Under the pieces are notes generated by a model that worked only from the letters and a program-made list of their open reading frames with translations, searched no databases and was not told where the DNA came from. Below, piece by piece: positions 1 to 10,410 of a stretch of DNA of 64,000 bases. The DNA comes from Epithemia pelagica (taxonomy: Eukaryota > Protista > Bacillariophyta), in contig OX337238.1 in NCBI GenBank assembly GCA_946965045.2, forward strand, positions 930,001 to 994,000, given 5' to 3'. The translations under genes and the position numbers were made by a program. Within the stretch, counting starts at the first letter, position 1. Each line of letters starts with the position of its first letter.

Positions 1-1677
1 TTTGATCCTCACGTTACTCCAAGCGAAGCGCTCGGTGCTCGAATTGTGAAGGGCTATTTTGCGGCAACGGCTCTCAAGGCTGTAAGCACTGCCGACGTCA
101 TCAGTATGATAGCAGGAGAGGGAGATGAACGTCGACGGCCTATTGTTGTGCATATTGATGAGCACGGTCAATACGCTAGCCAGTGTGCAGAATATTTAAA
201 ACAGTCAAGTGGCGGGGATGGCGACGAGAACAAGGTCTTCATCGAACAAGGTCGACAAAGAATTGTCAAAATGGTCGATGAGTTGGTTGCTATTGCCACC
301 ACTCAAGTCGCAAACCGACACCTGACACTCGTTGTTGTGTTGTCCGGAACGTCCTTTGGAGACGTCTCACCAAAACGCAACTCTATGTACCAACTCTTTC
401 CGTTGAAGCTTCCTGTGCTCAATCCCCAGATGTGCCGTGAACTTGCATCTGACAGCATCGATTCACAGATTGCGCGTGTTAAAGCGAGAAATCTAAATAT
501 CGAATTGCCTGACAAAGCAACTACAGTCAATTCGCCACTGTTCAAGGTAGCATTGGCTGATACAGGCGGGTTGCCCGGTTGGGTTGTGGAACTGGGAAGA
601 TTGGGGTGTAATCCAAATGTTTGGAAGCCAGAAAACTACGTCAGTTCAATCCACGATGCTGTCAAGCGATACCTTAAGAAACCAAACCCCGAACAGGTAG
701 CAATATCAGTGTTGGTTGGATTTGCGCGCCCCCCACTCATGTTGTCGTCGGAATTACTCGGTGGGGATGCCCAAACCTCGGGAAACAAAAGGAAGCGTGA
801 TGCATGGACAGTACAAGATGCTTCCGACAGCGGCAGTGTCAATGTCGTTGAAAGCACAACGGAAAAGTCCATAGAAATCAGAATTCCAGCAGCTGTGATG
901 GCGTCGTACGCATCGTACGAGAATGTAAGTGTCCCATGCGATATTCCGACGTTATGTTGTGCCGTATCCAAAATGGATGCTTGGACATGGCAACGATTCG
1001 AATCTGCGCATATCTGCTACCTAGCAGCGGTGCTTCATGCCATTGCTGAAACAAAAGAGCAGTTCTGGACTCGCAAAGGTCACACGGTGACACTTTCAAA
1101 TGTTCTCGTTGGCGTTTCGCCCTCCAACCATCAGAGTCTTAAGAAGGTGTTCACTCCGCAAGATTCGTTCGATGCATTAGATATCATCAAGGATAAAGAG
1201 CAATGCATTCGAAGAGCAAATGCAAGGTCAAAGGTGCACGGAGTTGACACGAAAGACTTGGACCACATGCACCAGGCCCTGGATGGTACACCGATCATTG
1301 ATGCTTATGTCAATTTGAAGCTTCGTGATGAAGGAACCTTGGCTGCAGCCGCTGCTTCAAGTGCAGCCGCTGCAACAGTGGATGAAACTACGACTCTCTT
1401 CGTCCAGTACAAGCATAGCAAATTGGAGTCAGATGCACAGGTAAAAGTTTCTGAAATGAATGAAACAGTCACGAAATTGGAGACCTATTTATCGGGACCA
1501 GGCAAGTGGAGCGGGCGTCCTTGGATCTTCCTATGGGTCACCAACCGCGCCATCGTCGACGATGCAACAACTCCTCATCCAAATTTGCTCTGGGTTGGGA
1601 AGGATAAGCTGATAGACCATGCTCCCTTGATTGGAAGACGTGGCCTGATTCCTAAGGAGGAAGAGCGAAGTGATTAA
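1..1677 (+). CDS. Crinkler/RHS-like P-loop NTPase + restriction-endonuclease-fold protein, 5'-truncated by the window edge
   Basis: Frame 1 is open from base 1 to TAA at 1675-1677, with no introns. Walker-B-like IVVHIDEHG, sensor-like LVVVLSGT, WQRFE motif, and a PD-(D/E)xK-like core HQALDGTPIIDAY...LFVQYKHSK. Walker A would lie upstream of the window. Confidence 0.65.
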   Translation, partial: FDPHVTPSEALGARIVKGYFAATALKAVSTADVISMIAGEGDERRRPIVVHIDEHGQYASQCAEYLKQSSGGDGDENKVFIEQGRQRIVKMVDELVAIATTQVANRHLTLVVVLSGTSFGDVSPKRNSMYQLFPLKLPVLNPQMCRELASDSIDSQIARVKARNLNIELPDKATTVNSPLFKVALADTGGLPGWVVELGRLGCNPNVWKPENYVSSIHDAVKRYLKKPNPEQVAISVLVGFARPPLMLSSELLGGDAQTSGNKRKRDAWTVQDASDSGSVNVVESTTEKSIEIRIPAAVMASYASYENVSVPCDIPTLCCAVSKMDAWTWQRFESAHICYLAAVLHAIAETKEQFWTRKGHTVTLSNVLVGVSPSNHQSLKKVFTPQDSFDALDIIKDKEQCIRRANARSKVHGVDTKDLDHMHQALDGTPIIDAYVNLKLRDEGTLAAAAASSAAAATVDETTTLFVQYKHSKLESDAQVKVSEMNETVTKLETYLSGPGKWSGRPWIFLWVTNRAIVDDATTPHPNLLWVGKDKLIDHAPLIGRRGLIPKEEERSD

Positions 1678-1748
1678 GATTAACGTTCAAGTGTTTACCG
1701 TTGAAGTTCGGCCCAATCGATCAGGGCCAATACTAGCTGCTGCTGCTG

Positions 1749-1919
1749 CTACTCCTTGGCATTGTGGGTATCGCTCGGCGAAGAAATGACCAGAGCCACC
1801 AGTGCCAACACAGTGCGAGCATATCCCATTAGATTGGGAATGTACATGAGAACCGGCCACGAAGAAGAACTAGTGGAATTCCTCTTCCGGCTAGTTGGGT
1901 GCTTGTTGTCCGTGGCCAT
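1749..1919 (-). pseudogene. 5' fragment of phosphatidylinositol synthase (CDP-alcohol phosphatidyltransferase family)
   Basis: MATDNK...WPVLMYIPNLMGYARTVLALVALV matches the conserved PIS N-terminus (LYxPNxxGYxR). It ends at a TAG inside a CAG run (TAG CAG CAG CAG CAG). The catalytic D-x-x-D-G-x-x-A-R motif is absent and the sequence runs into the 3' end of the convergent ORF at 1677. Confidence 0.65.
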
Positions 1920-2152
1920 GGTGCGTGAGATGATGATTTTTGAGCATTTGGGATCGGCTGCTCCATTCCTATTACTCCTATATAGTCTTATTGCGATCTT
2001 GGAGTAATCCTCATACATTTGGACTCCTAGCAGCTCCTAGGGAGTCGATAGTGCGACTAAAAGATACCCAGAGACATAGACACGGCCATCTTTGGAGTCA
2101 TTCATCCATCACAAAAGTCTGTGCTGGAGCGGGAGACCATACGAAACAGGCA

Positions 2153-3329
2153 ATGACATTGCAAGTGCAAGCATCTCAGTCAGGCCTTGTCTTTTCCGAC
2201 AGTGGCAACAACAACAGCCAGGTACCAGCAGGATGGAAGATTAATGACTGGCCTTCTCTATTGGGTGGATGGCGTTGTGGACATGCGTCGGTTGTGGTAG
2301 ATCCTCCTTAACTCAAGGACCACAGCCACGAGGCACAGACGGTCGTTCTCCTGGGAGGACATAATCCAAGTCAAGGCCCTATGAATTCTGTTCTGGTATT
2401 GAATTTGTCAGACGAACACAAACAGTGGCGCGCAGGACCAACCATGAACAGCAACAGAGGCTCTCCTGCAGCTGTGGTGTGCAACCGAGGAGTGTACGTC
2501 ATGGGAGGAAACAATGGATTTTTCAGGCTTGGACAGCATCGAACGGATGGATGTTCAAGACTTGTTGCAAACAACGTTATCGACGAACAACAACACTACT
2601 ACTTCAGGGCATTGGACGACGTTGAATTGTCGATTGTCTACTATACGAAATGGATGTTCAGCAGTTGCTGTTCACGATCGATACATTGTAGTCATGGGTG
2701 GACACAATATGGATGAACACGATGGAAGCTTTGTGTCGTCCGTCGATATGATCGATACGGCCACACGAAACAACAACCATACAGTCATTTCCGGACCATC
2801 CATGACGATTGCTCGTGGATATTTTGCAAGTGCTGTCGTTGGTCATTGCATCTATGTTGTTGGAGGCCCCGATATGCTTTCGGATGAGCTCACCTCGGTG
2901 GAGGTTTCGGAGTTTCAGGATCCTTTGGAGACCACAGAGACTGCAGTAGCAGTAGGACAAGTCTTTCCCTCCTCGTGTGCTTGGACAACTCACATGGATC
3001 TCAAGCTTTCGGACCCACAGATGGACCAGCATGCCGTTGTAGCTCTGGGATCCTGTCTGTTGGTTACTTCCGCCAACGCGCAAGCCTCTGTTCAAGTCAT
3101 GGATACATCTCGTAAGCAGCATGTGTGGAACCTGCCACTGTTCCAACAGGAACGGTTTGGCTGCACTGAAGTGGCATTTTCGAATGGCATTGCCATGATT
3201 AGCGGATTACAAGTTGATTCTTGTGAGACACTCTCTTTGATGGACAAGAACACATGGTGTTTTCGTCGACTGTTGGAGATGGTGTCCAACGGACGCGGTA
3301 TCGAATGCAAACACATGTATATCAAATAA
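2153..3329 (+). pseudogene. Kelch-repeat protein pseudogene
   Basis: GG-containing Kelch blades homologous to the genes at 15080 and 41135 (LLGGWRCGHASVVV, LDSIER, WTTLNCRLS). In-frame TAA at 2309-2311 and a +1 frameshift near 2531 (AGG CTT G GAC AGC ATC GAA). Confidence 0.85.
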
Positions 3330-3369
3330 TCTTCCCCAATTTATACCCTGGACCTCCTTGACGAGCGAC

Positions 3370-3700
3370 AGCCACAATTCGTGACGAAAGCAAATGAGAA
3401 AATGAACGCCACACATGCGTTACACATGTCCTCCGTGCGGTTGTGTTATGGAGTGGTTGCCTTACATTTTGACCAATCAAGATCATACCAATCGTTCGAA
3501 TAGTTCATGCCAACTCAAGTAGAATCAAAATGTTGCAAAAGGCTTTCCAGGAGGCTCTTGCGGCTTCTGTTCGCTATATAGATTGTTGCCGTCGTTTTCT
3601 TGTACCCAGGAGGCCGTACTGGCACAATTTTCGTTGATGATTCGTACTAGTACTCCATATTCGGGGCTTTTTACGTAGGGAACGGGTTTGCAACCATTAC
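3370..3700 (-). mobile_element. Possible decayed DNA-transposase fragment
   Basis: One minus frame reads ...DWSKCKATTP*HNRTEDMCNACVAF with several in-frame stops. The W...R.ED.C..C..F pattern resembles my recollection of Sola-like transposases. No terminal repeats seen. Confidence 0.2.
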
Positions 3701-4208
3701 ACACATGGGAAACGTCCTAGCGCTTGTGGATAGTTGGGTTTGATATTGGTGCGTCGCCCGCGTCTCTTTCTCCTTTGTTCATCTTCGTCGGTAGCTCAAA
3801 CAAGATTATATTGTGAGCTACTCCAACTGCAGGTTGAGGTACTCGTGGATCGGATTCGGATTCGTAGAACTGGTAGCCTCTATTCGAAACTGAGGAGTCG
3901 CGTAAGAGACGCAGACAGAACAAATGAAAATTGTCCCGACCGCGGAGTTTTTCATTCCATGTTCCGTGTTCCGTGTCGTAATCCGTAATCCCGTGCCTGT
4001 ATGGTTTTTATTATAGTGTAGAAGATATACACACATCAAATTGAAGAACCCAACCTTATATTATTGCCCATTCCACCAGATTAGTATAGCCCATCCAATA
4101 TTTGCGTCATCACCAATCACGCTACGAAAACAAAACGAAGCAAGATCACATTCACATCTCACATCGAGGCTTCGGTACCGAGGGAATTACGAAATACCTC
4201 CATGGGAG

Positions 4209-7200
4209 ATGGGATCTCTGGAATGGATTTCACTTGATGGAATCGCTCAATGTGGGGATGGAACTACAGCGAGTCTGTATCAGGATTGGTCAATTTTGGA
4301 AGAGAGGAATCGGCCATCGCCACACAGCTATCTGCTTGTTTTTCTTGGTGGCGGTGCCTGCAGCACCGAAGAAGAATGCAATGAAGTATGGAAAAGTGAT
4401 CCATTCCGACTGTCGTCCAACTACGCTCCAAACCGAATTACTGGGCAAACCATCCTATCGAACGATCTGAGCATCAACCCTTCCATGTACCAGTTCGGCA
4501 AAATTGCAACGTATTACTGTTCTCAAGATCTATATCTCGGATCTGGCGTTATGGAAAGTGGACTTATACGTGACGGAGAACGGCATTTTCAAGGAGTACT
4601 TGACTATTTTGTTCGACAACTTCAAGTACAATCTGAACCATCGACTGTCGCGCAACTAGTTGTTGTTGGTCAGTCGGCCGGTGGCATTGGGGTATTAAAT
4701 CATTTGGACCAGATTCGTCAAGTGGCAGCAACGGTAGGGGCTCAAGAGCTCAAGGTCATTGCCGATTCTTCATTGATCAGCGACCAGTACTCCTTGCCTC
4801 GGAATCCCCATTTCTTGGACTACGCCATTCACCCCCTCTGTAATCAGACTTGGAATTTCATGCACAAAGACTTGACATCACTTCCATGTTGTGCATCGAC
4901 GCATTGTCTGAGTCGACAGGGCATCTTTCTTCCTGCATCACCTCAAGAACAGACAGTGGAAGAATCGTTTCTTTTGTTAGATTCGACACACGATGCCATA
5001 GCTCTTTTGGAAGCAATGAAAGAATACAGGTCTACCAGTGGTGCAAGCATCAGCGATCATCTGGAACGATACAGTGCGGTAGGGGAGATTGCGGGATCTC
5101 GCATTCGAGCGACGGAAGAAACTGTTTTATGGGATCTCTTGGGCAATCCAGATTCGTGTGCTTCTTCTTCCTCTTTTCGAAGCATGACAACGGAAACTGT
5201 CCAGCCGGATGTTCTACCGCAATTGGCTTGGGAAATGCCTTCCTGTCTGATTCATGGGTTCATATTCCCCTCATTGGAACTCCAACATCTGAGTTGTATG
5301 GATTACGGAAATGACAAAATGCTGGACGGAGTAGGTCACTCCGAGCACCTGCGAGAGGTTTGTCGAGAAAGTGGTGCCGGTCGAACGGGTACTGTGGGAG
5401 ACCTAGGCATGACACTGTGGTTCGACATTGATACTTGGGAACGTGCGTCTGTGAATGGAACGTCCATCAAGGACACTATTGAAACATTTATTTCCGGAGG
5501 TGGCGTTCCCTCAATCCTAGGTGGCGACAGTGGTGAAACTGTGGGTGTGTTGCTAGACGATTGTGCCGGTCCCAACTGCGTTGTGGACAATATACAGCAT
5601 GCCTGTCAGTCCCTTTTGGAACTGGAGAACACGTACCATGAAGTCAACCAAGCACTGAGAATAATCTGGTTCATATATATTGGGTTAATAGTGCTTCTGG
5701 GCATTTTACTTCAGACCAACTGGGAAGGTTCCTTCGTGTCCAGACTGCTTGGTTCCTGGTCTACCACGGCATCGCGGTTTATCCAAGCAGTGTTTCTGGG
5801 TCAGCCGAAAGATAAAAAGTCTGTCGTGACGGGGGTTCGAATGGCTAATTTGTCCGTTAAGCTCAAGTCAACCGGTCGAACGCTTGTCAAGAATGTTACC
5901 ATCGATCTCAAACCAGGAAGTGTGAACGGGCTCTTGGGACGATCTGGTTCTGGAAAATCGACATTGGTATGTCCCTTTCCGCCAAGAGTATGAAAATGAC
6001 GATGTCGGTTCCATTCCCCTTACTTCACGACGTTCGCTGTGCTTTCCTTGTCTTTTTGTTTCTTTTCATTTCACGTAACACAGTTGGGGGCCATCAGTGG
6101 GCAAACAAGTACCGGTGTTGAACTTGATTCCGAAAGTGATATCAAACTGAACATTGATGGAACCACGTACCTCCGTCAGCACGATCTTGTGACCATGGAG
6201 AATTTGACACCATCACTATACCTTGAAACATGCTCCGCACTATACGGTGCGGATCCGGCACAGTTGGAGCAAGTTCAACGGTTTGTTCAGCCATTCTTTC
6301 CCAGGGAGGAGGCAGACATCGAAGACGAGGAGGACTATGACGGAACCGAAACGACTGAGTTCAGCGTCCCCCGTGATCCATCGACCCGCCATAGTCCGAA
6401 TGGTCCTCAGTCAGTGAAGATGAAGGACGAAGAGGAACAAGGATCATCATCTCTAACGTTTGAAAAGAGCTTGTTCTTTGATGAGGATCCAACAGAGGCT
6501 GCTGGCCTTTCTAGTGGGGTACGTGCCTCGACTTTGACTGGGGGAAATAAGGATCAAAAGAAAAGTACAATGCCTACCCATGGACCATTTGAGAACAGCA
6601 AAATAATAAATTGCAGTGGAGGGCAAAGGCGCGTCTTAGCTGTGGCTGCAGCACTCTTGACGGACCCGTCAGTTTTATTGCTCGATGAGGTAAGTCCATT
6701 GTGTTCCTTGACACATTGTCGTCGCAATCTCCTCTCAATCCTTCTTTGACTACAGCCCCTTTCCGGTTTGGACAGTGTCGCGTGTGAGCAGCTGATGGAA
6801 TTGCTGCAAATGGTAGCAAATGAGCAGGAAAGAACAATCTTGGTGACTCTTCATCAACCATCTGATACGATTCTTGGGTACCTCCACGAAGTAGTGGTGC
6901 TGAAACAGGGTAAAGTCGTACTGGATGAGAACATGGAAGTGATACAAAATGCTCTCGCAATCAATGGAAACAATCGGTTGGGGTCCTCAGAATTGATCCA
7001 CCGAGTTGTGAAGTACGGAAAGGTATCAAGATCTATAGATGACTGCATTGCCCATTGTAGAGAGGAACGGGAGGCTTCAACACATTCCTTGGCCCTTCCT
7101 CGTGAGTGCATGACTCCGCTAAAAGACAAGCGACACCCACTCGCTCAAGTCATGGCCTTGGGGCGGAGACTTCGACTCAACTATGGCTTCAATTACGCCG

Positions 7201-8033
7201 ATTTGGTCGCCTTGCCTGTCTGTTTTTCCATTTTGGCCTTTTCCCTCAACTTTGATCCTGATGCGCCCACAACTATCTTTATGGGATGCATGGTCATGTT
7301 CTTCATTCCCATTGTATTGTTTCAGCACCATCTGCATCTCAGCTGGGACATTTGGCGGACGCATCGATGGGAACTAGATGATCGCCGAATCTCCATTGCC
7401 TCTTTCCAAATCGCATCTGTTGCCTTTTCCCTTGCTATGCCACTCCTCGCCATTGCCGGCTCTCTAGCCATGGTGTACAGCATATTGGGCTGGGATTGGG
7501 CCTCGTATCCCAATCAGGCTCTCTTCGGTTTGGTCTTTTTGATTGTCATTATCAAGTTCGGTCGCACCTTGATTTTACTCCGCAATGGGAACTATACTAC
7601 TTTCATGAGGATCTACTTGTTGTGTATTTTCCTCTTTGTGGTATTTGGTGGACTCGTGAGTACACCAAATCAAGCTCCGGAGAGTTTGCGGTGGCTCTTT
7701 GGGCTTTCTTTTGCATTTTGGGCCTTTTCGGGCATTTTAACATCGCAATTCGAACACAATGGTCAAATTGGTGAGGAGCCCTGCATGAGCTTTGCCTCTT
7801 GTGTGGTGTCGGATGGCAATTTTTTGGCCGCACAGTCTGGATTTTGGCCCTTTTCCAACACGCGTCGTGCCTTGAATGTCTTGTCGTCGTTGTATGTGGT
7901 CTTTTTGGTATCAGAGTATATGTTGCTACGATATTGCCGTGCGCAATTTCTCGATCCGAGCAGTGTCCAAAAACTGGATAAGCGAAGAACTGCAACTCGG
8001 AAACAGAGTCAACTATCTTTTCCGAGAGTATGA
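4209..8033 (+). CDS. Pectin-acetylesterase/Notum-family carboxylesterase fused to a half-size ABCG transporter (about 1213 aa, 3 exons)
   Basis: Exons 4209-5966, 6084-6689, 6756-8033; both introns are GT-AG, phase 0. Esterase: QCGDGT, FLGGGAC, YCSQD, GQSAGG (Ser), LDSTHD (Asp), PSCLIH (His). Then TM LRIIWFIYIGLIVLLGILL. NBD: GRSGSGKST, CSGGQRR, VLLLDEPLSGLD, TLHQP. Then a hydrophobic ABC2-type TMD. The start codon is uncertain because the frame is open back to 4041. Confidence 0.85.
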
Positions 8034-10410
8034 AAACGTAAACTCGAAGCCCACGTAACTTGATGGAGTGGTTTGATCATTATCTTTGAGGTACTTGGGG
8101 TGCCTCTACTTGGCCGTTCGGTCGTGTGGAATCCAGACAATAATGCCCGTCTTGTTGTTGATAGGAGATGGGAGGATATTTTCTTCTCCTCGTGACTTCC
8201 CTTTCCCTGCCGTAAGTCAAAGGAAGGAAGAGCCAAAAACGATAGATGCGTCCCTTTGCCTTAACCCAGCTTTGCACCATCTCCATTCTCCATCTCCAAT
8301 AGCAAATCCGAGAAAGCGAAGAAATTCGATGCGATCGTGATGGATCGTGGAGTTTAACACGTACTCGGAACTCGGAAGCTCTAAAATCTCAGGCTTAACT
8401 AAAATCTTATCTCTCTTTCTTAAGTAGTCTCGAATCAACTTTTTTAAATATAGTGGGCTTATATATGGAGGCTATTGGCGTTGGCGAGCTCATCTAAAGC
8501 CCCTCGCCAGTCGCTCTTTCAGTTTTCGTTTCGGAGAACAGCCTAAGTAGCCACTTCTTACTACTTCTTTGATTTGGACGATTTTTCAGTGAGGCAACTC
8601 TTCGAAAACAACATACTCTCGTAGTATCCGAACAAAATACAACGGTGAGTAAAACTACGTAGCTCCTGGTACATTCCTACCATACTTTAGACCTCATAGT
8701 AGGTTGGCATCCACAAGACGATACCTTTGCTACCTATCTTTCTTTTCCTATGTGGTCCAACCTCCAACACGTCTAAGTACTCCTAGAGGAATATGGCTGG
8801 CATTTGCAGATGGCCGTAAGAAATGAACTTACAACGTGGGATTATCATTGAGTGTGATTCAAACAGCAATCAAACAAGAATGGGACGACAAACTTGGCTA
8901 GAATAGACCTGGCTAGTGGCAAAGAAGAATAGACCCAACGAAAAGACATCCTATTAGCGCAGTGGACCATACACACACAAAACAAGAAATGCTGGTTCTA
9001 TGACACTGCCTTGCGACAATCAAAACAATTCTAGCTCTAAACAAGGCGTATCATTGTACGAGGACCAACTCAAGCACTACCACCACCAGGAGCATCCCAA
9101 CTGGAGGGAGCCCGGTGCCACCGAGGGAAGAGGCCCATTCCAGGATGCACCACAAGTGGGACAATGACTGGCATCCAATAGAGTGGCATCTTGTTGAAAA
9201 ATAATTGAGGAGCTGTTGGATGGAGTTGTATTCGTGGTGGTGGTACTTGTCGTCGTGGCCATGCTTATTGGCAAACGCAAGAGACTCCACAAATGGCGAC
9301 AATGGGCCATGCTTGGAAGGTTCTTGTTTGGTCAGCCGTTATAGGCGTGAATGACAACATGGAAGACAACATGTTGTTGTTGTGGTTGGTGTTGGGTGTG
9401 TTGTTGTATGTCGATGTGGAAAAAATCTCGTGCAGGTCCCTTCTTAAAATAGAGAATGAATTAGATATAGCTACTAGAAAGCACATATAACACAATGTAT
9501 GTCACTACTGCTTTTGTGCTTACTGTTGCTCCATACTTGCGAAAAGAAGGCCTCTGTTTTGTCTTTTAATCGTTGATTGTTGTGTGCTAACGTGCCAAAC
9601 CAAGCTGTTTTGGAGTGGTAAGCTATCTTAAGCTGCACTTCTCCCACCACATCCACCACTTCATATCGCTTTTAATACTGCTGAAGGAGAATAGGAAGCA
9701 GTATCAGGGCGTGAGAAAGTGTAATGGACAAGAAGGAGCAAAAACGGAGCAGCACAGTCAACATTGAAGAAAAGCCACGTAGCATCTCAGATGAACGACT
9801 TCATCTCTACCAATCCTTCGATTTTCCCCACGAAACTTAAAAATCGTGTATATTGCATACATTTTGCGACACGCACAAAGCTTCGACCTCTATCAGTGTC
9901 CTCGTCTGATGAACGGTGGTATCCAAAGCGGAGCGTCATGGCGAGGTTGTGATTTTATTATCTAGCTTAACCATGCAGTACGTGAAATGAAAAATGTGAG
10001 AAAAGTTGTATTTCAGTCATGAAGTACACTTACTTTCATAGTGCAGAGTTGTATTTTTGGTATGGGTTTGCGCAACTGAGAGGGCAACTTTTAGTTGTAC
10101 GGCATACTCTCGCAACTATAAGCTAGAGGCACACTATGAAGTACGAAGACATACTCCTGATGGGACTGACTGGACTGATGCATACTCCTGCATCCACTAT
10201 AATACTACGCGATTCGAGACCCAGTCAAGAAGAATACTACTGCAGTTGTATTTTTGCGTTATTCGAAATATATATAGGAGTATTATGATTACAAAAGTTT
10301 GCTACCTGTGTATGTTACGAATGCGAGGTTCACAAGATTGAAGATTGGTCACAGACGAGAAAGACGATCAAGGTCCCTCACATATTTCATACTCCTTGGT
10401 TCTTTTTCTA

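Noticed and set aside
9051-9495. Short ORFs in a low-complexity minus-strand tract
   Set aside because: May be a decayed gene, but no frame gives an identifiable product.
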